Shown here in pieces: positions 13,560 through 22,481 of a stretch of DNA of 64,000 nucleotides. The translations under genes were made by a program, and so were the position numbers. The notes beneath the pieces are model-generated. The model did no database searches and had not been told where the DNA came from. It saw only the letters and a program-made list of their open reading frames with translations. Source of the stretch: a candidate division WOR-3 bacterium (GTDB lineage: Bacteria > Hydrothermota > 32-111); assembly GCA_039804105.1 (NCBI GenBank), contig JBDRZU010000001.1, forward strand, positions 800,001 through 864,000. Reading direction: 5' to 3'. The first letter of the stretch is position 1, and each line of letters opens with the position of its first letter.

Positions 13560-14071
13560 AACCTCTCCTTTTTTAAACTTTTTAAAAATGATCTTTCACC
13601 TAAAAAAAACTCCCTTGCGACATCACTTTTATAATCAGGATAAGTCCAATCAAGATATTTTATTCCATCTTTCGTGAAAATGAATGTAACCTCACAATAG
13701 ATCCCTTCCCCAAGATATATCCTATGGGAATAATTCTTTGTTGTCAGAAGTTGAACATTGTTCAAAGTTATAACACCTGGATCTATGTTTATTTTTCTTT
13801 TACCATCGATCCTGAATCTGTTTTCTATATCTATTGAAATCTTTTTCTTTTCAAAAAAAGATTCAAGTCCTATAGGTTCCTCAAAAGATATCCATTCACG
13901 GATAACATTTTCACCTATCTCATCATCATAATAATGAGAAAATTCAGAAAACTCCAAAGTTTTTGAAAAACTTTTTATTTCTCCAAAAGCATCCCTAATA
14001 TCGGATAATGCTTTGTACCTTATACCATTATCACTATAAAGTAAACCACAGAAAAGAATGTTGCTTTCCAT
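13556..14071 (-). CDS. DUF4416 family protein
   Basis: RKINIDPG, LTTKNYSHRIYLGEGIY, WTYPDY. Confidence 0.85.
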   Translation of the reverse strand: MESNILFCGLLYSDNGIRYKALSDIRDAFGEIKSFSKTLEFSEFSHYYDDEIGENVIREWISFEEPIGLESFFEKKKISIDIENRFRIDGKRKINIDPGVITLNNVQLLTTKNYSHRIYLGEGIYCEVTFIFTKDGIKYLDWTYPDYKSDVAREFFLGERSFLKSLKKERL

Positions 14072-14853
14072 CAATATATCTTTTTTAAAATGTCAAAAAG
14101 AAAAAATATGATAAATGAAGCCAAAGAAAGAAATGGGACAAAGGGAATCTCGGGATCAGGTCTTTTTCTATAATAAAAAAAATAAGCAATAAGCCCTAAA
14201 ACTCCCGCTATTATAAAAACATAAAAAATTAGAGGATAACCTATAAAAAAACCTATAAAAGATGAAACATAAATATCTCCTTCTCCCATACCTTCCTTTT
14301 TCATTACTTTTGAAGCAAGAAATCTTACAATAAAAATAAATAGACCACCAACAAACCCTCCAATTATCGATTCTTTAAAATCGAGAAACGGAAGTTTAAA
14401 AACTTCACTTTCACCTGTAACACTCAAAAGAAAAATTGAAACATATAATAAATAGATTATCACAGGTAATATAAAAATGGGAACAAAAACATTTTTTGTT
14501 TTCAAATCGATGAATGAACTTATAAGAAGTGTTGAAAACAGCATAATATAAACTATTGATAAAAGGTTGAATCCAACCTTTATGAAAATTAAAAGGAAGA
14601 TCAAACCGGTCAATAGTTCAACCACTGGGTAAACTATACTTATCTTTGCCTTACAGTACCTGCATTTCCCTCTGAGTATAATGAATGAAAGAAGTGGTAT
14701 ATTATCATACCATTTTATACTCGTTTTACAAACAGGACAAAATGATGATGGTAAAACTATAGATTTTTTTTCTGGAATTCTGTAGATTAGAACATTGAAA
14801 AAAGAACCAAAAACAAGGCCGAATACAAAAACTATAATATAGGAAAATATCAT
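14071..14853 (-). CDS. pilD: Prepilin peptidase/N-methyltransferase
   Basis: GSFFNVLIYR, CPVC/CRYC, ID and GMGEGD aspartates, IPFVPFL. Confidence 0.95.
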   Translation of the reverse strand: MIFSYIIVFVFGLVFGSFFNVLIYRIPEKKSIVLPSSFCPVCKTSIKWYDNIPLLSFIILRGKCRYCKAKISIVYPVVELLTGLIFLLIFIKVGFNLLSIVYIMLFSTLLISSFIDLKTKNVFVPIFILPVIIYLLYVSIFLLSVTGESEVFKLPFLDFKESIIGGFVGGLFIFIVRFLASKVMKKEGMGEGDIYVSSFIGFFIGYPLIFYVFIIAGVLGLIAYFFYYRKRPDPEIPFVPFLSLASFIIFFLFDILKKIY

Positions 14854-15632
14854 TGTTTCTCCCTTACTATAATTGTATCTTTAAAAATTTTTACTGCTAT
14901 TCCAAAAGGTAAAAAATCAAGTTTTTTCATTTCAATTTTCAAATAAACATAGATATCTTCTTTGTTCTCTTTTAGAATTTTGTTAAAATGTTCCATCAAT
15001 AGAACTATTATATTATATTTTGCTCCATCTTTTTGATATCTGTTATCTGTGTTGTTATAGATTTCACTCCATAATTTTATCGCTGTAAGATAATCTCCTT
15101 CCTTCTTTTTTGAAGCAGCTGCAAATGTTTTACAAAAATATGGGGCATCCTTTTTAGTTGAACTAAAAAGAAACCATCTGTATGCTTTTTCATAATCTTT
15201 TAGATATATGTAATACAGAAAACCTTTAACAAATGGGTTCTCCCATCTTTCAGGTAAATTTATCATGCCCTTATCAAGAAGTTTAAGTCCAAGATCTGGT
15301 TTTTTCTGATCGTAGGTTACAACTGTTCCACCAAAAGTATAACATTGTAAAAAATTTGAATCAAGATCTGTTATCACATCAAAAAGTTTATATAAAAATT
15401 GAAGATTTTTATCTGTTAACATATGTTGACCATAATATTGAACCGTTTGAAACCACATTATATTAGTGAATGTAGTTTTGTAATCAAGTGATATCTCTTT
15501 TATAAATTTCCCAGAAGGAAAATACAAAAGTTCATTTTCAAATTTTTTTTTGTTTTCAGGTAAATTTTGAAGAATGTAAGCAAAAAACATTATGAACAAA
15601 AAAAGAAGAAAAATTTTAAAAAATGCTTTCAT
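14850..15632 (-). CDS. Membrane-anchored TPR-like pilus accessory protein (PilG/XapA-like)
   Basis: N-terminal TM; WFQTVQYYG, ITDLD..F, LLDKG..P..W..P; sits next to the ABC genes in the pilin locus. Confidence 0.65.
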   Translation of the reverse strand: MKAFFKIFLLFLFIMFFAYILQNLPENKKKFENELLYFPSGKFIKEISLDYKTTFTNIMWFQTVQYYGQHMLTDKNLQFLYKLFDVITDLDSNFLQCYTFGGTVVTYDQKKPDLGLKLLDKGMINLPERWENPFVKGFLYYIYLKDYEKAYRWFLFSSTKKDAPYFCKTFAAASKKKEGDYLTAIKLWSEIYNNTDNRYQKDGAKYNIIVLLMEHFNKILKENKEDIYVYLKIEMKKLDFLPFGIAVKIFKDTIIVREKQ

Positions 15633-16399
15633 ACAAATTCTTTTTTTCTAAAAATTAAAATCGAAACATATAAAAGCAAACAGGTATAGATAAATGTATA
15701 TGAAAATGAATAAATCACGAAATTCAATGATATAGGTATATTATTGACAGCATATACTTTAATATCAAGATAGTAAAAATTTGGAATAACAAGCATTACA
15801 AATTTAAGGAAAATTTTTAAAACAAAAGTTGGGGCTTTCTGGATCAAATACGATATGTTGTTTACAAAAAAACCTGCAACATAGGTAAAAAATGTGAATA
15901 TTGAAGAAAGAACGGGTGTTGAGAATGTTGAATAGAATATCGCAATCGAAGAAAGAAGAATCGACTGCAAGAATATGTTGACTATTGAATAAAAAAGAGT
16001 TATGTTAAAAGTGATCTTGTTAATAGTAAGAATAAGAATGAAAAATAAAGATGTGAGAAAAGTGAAACAAAAAATTATCGAAAACAGTCCAAAAAATTTA
16101 CCTAAAATTATTTCATCTCTTGAAACAGGTTTAGTTATCAGAACAAAGATAGTTTTCTTTTCTATTTCCTGAAATATCAATCTTGTTCCTGAAAAAAAGA
16201 TTATGAACAATGAAAAAAGTGATATCGTTGAAAGACCGCTATCTTTTACAAGTCTATTCAGTTCACCCAACGCTAAGGGATTTAAGGTTAATGAAAGAAT
16301 TATAATCAGAAAAGATAATGCAAGGGAAAAAAATATTATTCTATGCCTCACAGATTCTTTAAAAACTATCGATGCTATAGAAAAAATTTTTTTCATCAT
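15629..16399 (-). CDS. ABC-2 type permease (PilI-like)
   Basis: Six TM helices; EIEKKTIF.LITKPVSR.EIILGKF motif. Confidence 0.85.
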   Translation of the reverse strand: MMKKIFSIASIVFKESVRHRIIFFSLALSFLIIILSLTLNPLALGELNRLVKDSGLSTISLFSLFIIFFSGTRLIFQEIEKKTIFVLITKPVSRDEIILGKFFGLFSIIFCFTFLTSLFFILILTINKITFNITLFYSIVNIFLQSILLSSIAIFYSTFSTPVLSSIFTFFTYVAGFFVNNISYLIQKAPTFVLKIFLKFVMLVIPNFYYLDIKVYAVNNIPISLNFVIYSFSYTFIYTCLLLYVSILIFRKKEFV

Positions 16400-17322
16400 C
16401 TCTCCATAAGTTTCATAAAATAATCTTCAAGAGAAAACTCTCTTGGAATATATGAAACTATTTTACCATTATTTTCGTTTACGATTTTAACAATTTCAGA
16501 AGCAACATCCTCTTTTTCCACTGTGATAAAAACTTTTTTTTCATGAATAGAGAAAAATTTAGCGATCTCTTTAAACCTTTTAATTTTTTCGAGAATATTT
16601 TCGTTCGAGAAAATTTCAATATCGATTTCTTTTATTTCACGCTTTATAATTTCATGAACATATCCAGTCCCAACTATCTCACCTTTATTGATCACACAAA
16701 CCTTATCTGCGATCATCTCAATATCTGGAAGTATGTGTGTTGAAAATATGACTGTTTTACCTCTTTTTTTTGCAGTTATTATTATATCTTTTATCTCTTT
16801 TCTTCCAATAGGATCAAGTCCTGACATCGGTTCATCGAGTACCAGAAGTTGCGGATCATTTATCAAAGATACAGCGATTCCAAGACGTTGAATCATACCT
16901 TTTGAAAAAGTTCCAACTTTTGAGTTCATACTGTTTTCAAGACCGACAAGAGAAATCAAAGTTTTAATCCTATCAGATAGAATATTTTTCTCTATATTGA
17001 ACAATGTGCCAATATGTTCAAGTGTTTCATAAGTAGTTAAAAAAGGATAGAATGATGGATTTTCAGGTAGAAATCCTATCTTTTCTCTCACACACCTTTC
17101 AAAAATATTTTTTCCAAATATTGAAACTGTCCCTTCTGTTGGTTTTAAAATCCCCATGATGATTTTTAAGGTTGTTGACTTTCCAGCACCATTTGGACCA
17201 AGAAATCCAAAAATTTCATTTTCAAGAACATCAAAACTTATATCTTTTAAAGCAACAAAAGTTTTGAATGGGAATTGTGTTTTATAAATTTTTTTTACAT
17301 TTGAAATTTCTAAAATTTTCAT
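16396..17322 (-). CDS. ABC transporter ATP-binding protein (PilH-like)
   Basis: GPNGAGKS, FSKGM, LDEP, STH. Confidence 0.92.
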   Translation of the reverse strand: MKILEISNVKKIYKTQFPFKTFVALKDISFDVLENEIFGFLGPNGAGKSTTLKIIMGILKPTEGTVSIFGKNIFERCVREKIGFLPENPSFYPFLTTYETLEHIGTLFNIEKNILSDRIKTLISLVGLENSMNSKVGTFSKGMIQRLGIAVSLINDPQLLVLDEPMSGLDPIGRKEIKDIIITAKKRGKTVIFSTHILPDIEMIADKVCVINKGEIVGTGYVHEIIKREIKEIDIEIFSNENILEKIKRFKEIAKFFSIHEKKVFITVEKEDVASEIVKIVNENNGKIVSYIPREFSLEDYFMKLMER

Positions 17323-17329
17323 ATATTTT

Positions 17330-17338
17330 ATTATAGCA
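17330..17338 (-). promoter_or_regulatory. Extended -10 promoter, probably leaderless, for the ABC-TPR-pilD operon
   Basis: TGcTATAAT-N7-ATG, no SD. Confidence 0.55.
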
Positions 17339-17363
17339 AAAAAAAGGGGCTTTGAAAAGCCCC
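17338..17363 (-). terminator. Rho-independent terminator after the major pilin gene
   Basis: GGGGCTT-TTCA-AAGCCCC followed by T8 on the minus strand. Confidence 0.88.
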
Positions 17364-17388
17364 TTTATACAAAGTTAAAAGATAATTT

Positions 17389-17811
17389 TCACTCTGTTGT
17401 TCCAGGTGTTAAAATAAGATCAACCAAAGTATCTTTTCCAAAACCTGTAATCTTATAATCCTGTCCTGCTGCTGCTCCACCATCTGGGTTTGGTGTTTCA
17501 TATCCAACAATACCTTGAGAATTTGCTTCACTCAACCAAACATATGATCCACCATCACCTGTTGCCTGTGTATATGGGTTTTTGAAGTTCTGTGGGAGAT
17601 AACTTGTTGTAACATCTGTCTGTGGATAAACACCACCTGAATCTACTGAAATTGTCTCAATAGCAACCTGGAAAGTGTGCATGTTTGCTTTGACTGAAGA
17701 TATTTTTGCTTTGTCAATGATCTGAACAAAGTTTGGTATTGCTATTGCAGCAAGAATACCAATGATAACTACAACGATCATGAGTTCGATAAGTGTAAAA
17801 CCTTTTTTCAT
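17389..17811 (-). CDS. pilA: Type IVa pilin, likely the major pilin
   Basis: MKKG|FTLIELMIVVVIIGILAAIAIP class III signal with E5; strong AAGGAGG SD; own terminator. Confidence 0.88.
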   Translation of the reverse strand: MKKGFTLIELMIVVVIIGILAAIAIPNFVQIIDKAKISSVKANMHTFQVAIETISVDSGGVYPQTDVTTSYLPQNFKNPYTQATGDGGSYVWLSEANSQGIVGYETPNPDGGAAAGQDYKITGFGKDTLVDLILTPGTTE

Positions 17812-17845
17812 TTTTCCTCCTTGTTTTAGGTTTACTTATCTTGCA

Positions 17846-17861
17846 AACAAATTTTATACCA
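17846..17861 (-). promoter_or_regulatory. sigma54 -24/-12 promoter of pilA (variant -12)
   Basis: TGGTATAAAATTTGTT: GG-N10-GT. Confidence 0.55.
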
Positions 17862-17912
17862 AATTTAACATTATATTTTTGAACGATTTATGAAAATTTT
17901 AAAGAACAAAAA

Positions 17913-17929
17913 TTTTGCATTTTGCAAAA
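17913..17929. promoter_or_regulatory. Palindromic putative PilR enhancer site 1
   Basis: TTTTGCA-TTT-TGCAAAA, centre 61 bp from the first G of the -24 GG. Confidence 0.6.
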
Positions 17930-17930
17930 A

Positions 17931-18332
17931 TCAAAAAAGATGTGTCGCTGGGGTTAATTCAAGTAGAGTTGAATCAGTATTTTTTCCATATCCAGTTATT
18001 CTATAAAAATCTAAAGAACCTTCATATTCAACAACACCTTCAATATTCGTTTCCTCTGCATTCTGTATCGCAGGAGAAAGATTACTATAAGGATTTTTGA
18101 AATTCTGTGGTAAAGCATCAACAAAACCTTCAATGTTTGGAAAATATTCAAGATATGTTTTTTCTGCTGCTTTAGTCTCAACTGTCATCTGAGTTGTATG
18201 CATATTTGATACTACACTTGCAGCTTTTGCCCTATCAACAAGTTTATAAAAATTGGGAATCGCAATAGAAGTTAAGATTCCTATGATCACAACAACTATC
18301 ATCAACTCGATAAGTGTAAATCCTTTTTTCAT
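17931..18332 (-). CDS. Second type IV pilin, paralog of pilA
   Basis: MKKG|FTLIELMIVVV from ATG 18332; shares NMHT, LPQNFKNPY and Y.ITG.GK with pilA. Confidence 0.88.
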   Translation of the reverse strand: MKKGFTLIELMIVVVIIGILTSIAIPNFYKLVDRAKAASVVSNMHTTQMTVETKAAEKTYLEYFPNIEGFVDALPQNFKNPYSNLSPAIQNAEETNIEGVVEYEGSLDFYRITGYGKNTDSTLLELTPATHLF

Positions 18333-18345
18333 AGAAAAAGATAAA

Positions 18346-18361
18346 AGCAAAAAACATTCCA
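18346..18361 (-). promoter_or_regulatory. sigma54 -24/-12 promoter of the second pilin
   Basis: TGGAATGTTTTTTGCT: GG-N10-GC. Confidence 0.7.
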
Positions 18362-18412
18362 TTTATAAGTTATGAAAATTTTTAATTTAATCAAAATTAA
18401 TTAAGTTTTTTC

Positions 18413-18429
18413 TTTCGCATTTTGCAAAA
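18413..18429. promoter_or_regulatory. Palindromic putative PilR enhancer site 2
   Basis: TTTCGCA-TTT-TGCAAAA, 16/17 identical to site 1, same 61-bp offset. Confidence 0.6.
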
Positions 18430-18464
18430 AAGTAAAAAATTTTTCTTTTATTTTTTTCTTTTAA

Positions 18465-18473
18465 TGTTATAAT
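18465..18473 (+). promoter_or_regulatory. Extended -10 promoter, probably leaderless, for the glycosyltransferase
   Basis: TGtTATAAT-N6-ATG, no SD. Confidence 0.6.
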
Positions 18474-18479
18474 TTACTT

Positions 18480-19595
18480 ATGAAAAAAATTCTTATATTA
18501 ACATTTTCTGATATAAAATCGGATTCCAGAGTTTTAAGATACCTAAAATCTTTTGATGAAACTTACACTGTTTATCTTATCGGTAATGGAGATTTTTTAC
18601 CTGAAAATAAAAATCTTGTCTATATCAACATAAATTACAGGTCAAGAAGAAAAAACAAATCGATTTTTGAATTTTTGTATTATAATTTCTATTTGAAATA
18701 TAAAATATTTGTACTTATAAAAAATATCAAACCTGATTTTATTCATTCAAACGATTTTGAAACGTTTCTTCCATCGTATATAGCATTTTTAAATAAAAAA
18801 CATAAAATAATATATGATTCGCATGAGATATGGTGTGAAAGAGCAGGTGTAAGAAAAAATTTTGCTACAAAAATTCTCAATCTTTTTGAATATCTGATTG
18901 AAAAATCTTTCACAAAAAAGATTAAGCATTTTATTACTGTTTCAGATTCGATCAAACTTCATTTTGAAAAAACATATAAAATCAAGAATCTCTATGTGAT
19001 CAGAAATCTCCCAATTGTGAATGAACAGAGAGAAGCTGAGAGAAACATCTTTGATTCATTAAAAGATGAAAAAAGATTAAAATTTGTTTATATTGGACCT
19101 TTATCTTATGAAAGAAATATTCCATTTTTAATAGATATCTTTAAAGATTTTGAAAACGATTTTCATTTAACTTTAATCGGGAAAAATTTTTTAACATTGC
19201 CTGATTATGAAAATATAAAAATTTTTGAAAGTATAGATGAAAACAAAATCATTCCAACTTTAAAGATTTTTGATATTGGTGTTCACCCCTTAAAAATTGA
19301 TAACTTAAACCACAAATTTTCTTTACCGAACAAAATTTTTCAATATATGGCATCATCTCTTGCATTATTCGTTTATCAAAATCTTGAAACTTTAAAGATT
19401 ATAGAAAAATATAAAAATGGTTTTACTGCTGATTTTTCTGATCGTAAAGATGTTGAAAGAAAATTAAAACTTTTTAAAAATACAGATATCAAAAAAATGA
19501 AGGAAAATTCATATAGAGGTTTTGCAGAAGAGTACAATTGGGATAAGGAAAAAAAAGTTTATCAAAAAATTCTTAAAAAAATTACAAATCTTTAA
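18480..19595 (+). CDS. Glycosyltransferase family 4 (GT-B)
   Basis: DSRV, IHSND, YDSHE, YIG.L..ER, SLPNKIFQY. Confidence 0.88.
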   Translation: MKKILILTFSDIKSDSRVLRYLKSFDETYTVYLIGNGDFLPENKNLVYININYRSRRKNKSIFEFLYYNFYLKYKIFVLIKNIKPDFIHSNDFETFLPSYIAFLNKKHKIIYDSHEIWCERAGVRKNFATKILNLFEYLIEKSFTKKIKHFITVSDSIKLHFEKTYKIKNLYVIRNLPIVNEQREAERNIFDSLKDEKRLKFVYIGPLSYERNIPFLIDIFKDFENDFHLTLIGKNFLTLPDYENIKIFESIDENKIIPTLKIFDIGVHPLKIDNLNHKFSLPNKIFQYMASSLALFVYQNLETLKIIEKYKNGFTADFSDRKDVERKLKLFKNTDIKKMKENSYRGFAEEYNWDKEKKVYQKILKKITNL

Positions 19596-20934
19596 TATTG
19601 TAATACCTGATTTTTCTATAGAGAGTTGATAAATTTATTCCAAGTGCCAAACTTGCCTGTTTTTTGTCATAGTTAAAATATTTCAAAGTATCCTCAATAA
19701 GTTTTCTTTCAACATCTTCGATTTTCTGTGGAATGAAATCTGTTCGATCCGTTTGAATTTTTAAATTCGAAAGTAGTGGAATATCCGATTTTTTTATTTC
19801 AAAATTATCTTTTATCACAATTATCCTTTCAACTATATTCATAAGTTCTCTTACATTCCCAGGCCATGAATATTCGGTTAAAACATTATAAACTTCAGGG
19901 TCAATCTTTTTTATAGTTTTTCCCATCTTTTTTGAATAGTAAGCAACATAATAATCAAAAATCTTTGGAATATCACTTTTTCTTTCCCTCAAGGGTGGAA
20001 GATCTATTCTGACAACATTCAATCTATAAAAAAGGTCCAACCTGAATCTATTATTTTTCACCTCCTCATCTATGTCTTTGTTCGTCGCTGAAATTATTCT
20101 AACATCAACAGGTATAGGTTCTGTAGAACCAACTGGAACAACTTCTTTTTCCTGTAAAACTCTCAAAAGTTTTGCCTGAAGAGAAAAATCCATCTCAGAT
20201 ATCTCATCAAGAAAAAGAGTCCCCATATTTGCAACCTTGATCAGTCCATCCTTATTTGTGTATGCACCTGTAAAAGCACCTTTTTTGTAACCGAAAAGTT
20301 CACTTTCTATAAGGTTTGGGTTCAGAGCAGCACAGTTGAAAGAAACAAAGTTTTTATCTCTTCTTCTTGAATTGTTGTGTATCATCCTTGCGATCAACTC
20401 TTTTCCCGTTCCACTTTCTCCTGTGATCAGAACTGTTGAGTCGGTTTTTGAAATATCGTTTAAGTTCTTTAAAATAATTTTTATCTTTTCATCTTCACCT
20501 ATAAAATCTGTTGGTATTTGAAATTTTTCTCTTTCTTTAAGATAAATGTAATTTAACTTTTCATCCCTATTTTTCAAAGCCCGATCAACGATTTCGACAA
20601 GATAATCAGAATCTTCAACCTTCTCAAGAAAATCGAAAGCACCATTTCTGAGTGCATCGAGCAAAAGTTCTTGTGTTTTTCCAAATGCTGTTATAAGGAT
20701 AACATTAACTATTGGATCTATCTCTCTTAGCCGCTTTAAAAGTTCTATTCCTGATATCTCTCTCATCTTAATATCTGAAATCACAAGATCGATGTTCTCG
20801 TTTTTGAATTTTTCCAAAGCATCATAAGGATTTGTTGTAAATGTAGTTTTGTAACCTAAATTTTTGAGTTTGTAATCAAGAACTTTACATCTATTCAAAT
20901 CATCATCAACTATTAAGATGTGATATTTATTCAA
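19582..20934 (-). CDS. pilR: sigma54-dependent response regulator (PilR/NtrC family)
   Basis: Receiver domain, GESGTGKE, GAFTGA, WPGNVREL, Fis-type HTH; pilus context. Confidence 0.88.
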   Translation of the reverse strand: MNKYHILIVDDDLNRCKVLDYKLKNLGYKTTFTTNPYDALEKFKNENIDLVISDIKMREISGIELLKRLREIDPIVNVILITAFGKTQELLLDALRNGAFDFLEKVEDSDYLVEIVDRALKNRDEKLNYIYLKEREKFQIPTDFIGEDEKIKIILKNLNDISKTDSTVLITGESGTGKELIARMIHNNSRRRDKNFVSFNCAALNPNLIESELFGYKKGAFTGAYTNKDGLIKVANMGTLFLDEISEMDFSLQAKLLRVLQEKEVVPVGSTEPIPVDVRIISATNKDIDEEVKNNRFRLDLFYRLNVVRIDLPPLRERKSDIPKIFDYYVAYYSKKMGKTIKKIDPEVYNVLTEYSWPGNVRELMNIVERIIVIKDNFEIKKSDIPLLSNLKIQTDRTDFIPQKIEDVERKLIEDTLKYFNYDKKQASLALGINLSTLYRKIRYYNIKDL

Positions 20935-22468
20935 TGTTCCTCCTGAATTTCAAAGTAAATTCAGTATAACCCTTTTCACTTTTAAAATCAATCTCTCCTG
21001 AATGTTCATCTTTCACAATTTTGTATACTATTGAAAGCCCAAGACCTGTTCCTTTTGTCTTATTTGTTGTAAAAGGTTGAAATATTTTTGTTTTTAAATC
21101 TTGATCAATACCTTTCCCATTATCGATAAACCTTAAAACATCGTATCCATTTTCACGTTCATATACAACCTTCACAAAACCATTTTCAAGACCATCTATT
21201 GCATCAAAACTGTTATCAAGAAGGTTTATGAAGACCTGTTTTAGTCCTGTTCTTTCTGCAAAGACCATGGCATTTTCAAAATTTTCAAATTTAACCATTT
21301 TATACTTTTCATCACATAGAAAAAGTTCTCCTAAAAATTCTTTTAAATTTATAAGTGTCGCTTCAATTTTTCTTACTCTTGCATATTCAAGAAATTGGTT
21401 CACAAGTAAGTTCAACCTTTCAACCTCTTCAAAAAGAATGTTGAACATCGGATGAGTTCTGAATTCATCCTTCAATTCACTAAGAAGAATCCGTGCGCTC
21501 TCTTTTATGTTTGATACAGGATTTCTTATTTCATGTGCAAGTGATGCTGAAAGTTGTCCAATCGTTTCAAGTTTATCTTTTATTCTCAACCTTCTCTCAT
21601 ATTCGACTATATCGGTTATATCGTTTATGAAAATCATTATAAATGTTTCACCACTTTTCTCGTTGAAAATTTTATCAACCTGCAATTGATAGGTTTTGTT
21701 CTCTCTTGTAAAATTTTTTCTTTCACCTTTCTGAACAAGATCAAAGATTTCCTGATCAACATTTTTAAACTCAATATTTGAAGATATATTTTTAAAAAGT
21801 TCTCTACTTTTTTTGTTAAAATCTGTGATAGTATAATTCTTATCAAGAAGTATTATCGTGTATGGTATATGATCTAAAAGATCTTTCAACTTCGCTGAGT
21901 ATTTAAAAAGTTCAACCTTTCTTGCCTGTAACCTTTCGGAAAGAAAACCACTCACAGCAGCAACAAGAAAGAAGGAAAGAATATAGATATACACTCTTAC
22001 TATCAATTCTTCAAGATTGATCTGTGGTTGTGGTAAAGGTCGATATGGTGATATTATAAAACCAAAGTACTCTCCAAAAACAAAAAACGAATAAGCGAAA
22101 GTTGATAATATAGCAGTTAAAAAACTACCTTTTGCAAAAATAAAGAAACTCGCTGCAATGATGTTAACAAAATACAAAATCTCAAAAAAATTATTTGACC
22201 CGCCAGTAAAATAAACTATACCAAAAATTAAAAGGTTGTCGTATATGATCTGAATGTAATTATAAAAAATATAAAATCTTTTTGTTCGAAGTAAAATTAA
22301 AAGAAAAAAACTAAAAAGGATCGTTAGAATCAGTATTGAAAAATGGGGAATTAGATTGAATTTCATACCCCTTAAACGGGAAAATATCCCAAGTAGAGGG
22401 AGTGTCAAAACAATGAAAAACCTTATGAGGATATACCAAAAATATTTTCTGTCTATATCTTTAAACAT
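20927..22468 (-). CDS. pilS: Sensor histidine kinase (PilS-like)
   Basis: About six TM helices with TGG motif; AHEIRNP H-box; N/G1/F/G2 boxes. Confidence 0.85.
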   Translation of the reverse strand: MFKDIDRKYFWYILIRFFIVLTLPLLGIFSRLRGMKFNLIPHFSILILTILFSFFLLILLRTKRFYIFYNYIQIIYDNLLIFGIVYFTGGSNNFFEILYFVNIIAASFFIFAKGSFLTAILSTFAYSFFVFGEYFGFIISPYRPLPQPQINLEELIVRVYIYILSFFLVAAVSGFLSERLQARKVELFKYSAKLKDLLDHIPYTIILLDKNYTITDFNKKSRELFKNISSNIEFKNVDQEIFDLVQKGERKNFTRENKTYQLQVDKIFNEKSGETFIMIFINDITDIVEYERRLRIKDKLETIGQLSASLAHEIRNPVSNIKESARILLSELKDEFRTHPMFNILFEEVERLNLLVNQFLEYARVRKIEATLINLKEFLGELFLCDEKYKMVKFENFENAMVFAERTGLKQVFINLLDNSFDAIDGLENGFVKVVYERENGYDVLRFIDNGKGIDQDLKTKIFQPFTTNKTKGTGLGLSIVYKIVKDEHSGEIDFKSEKGYTEFTLKFRRNIE

Positions 22469-22481
22469 TCAAATGTAAATG

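Noticed and set aside
17389..17811. Conductive e-pilin (Geobacter-like locus)
   Set aside because: F/W/Y content is 12/136 (8.8%), and positions 27, 50 and 51 are not aromatic; no cytochrome genes in the window
18333..18362. N-terminal extension MECFLLLSFS of pilin 2
   Set aside because: It coincides with the sigma54 element; MKKG|F matches the pilA start
18380..18410. IHF site between enhancer and sigma54 promoter
   Set aside because: AATCAA is present but the TTR part of WATCAAN4TTR is missing
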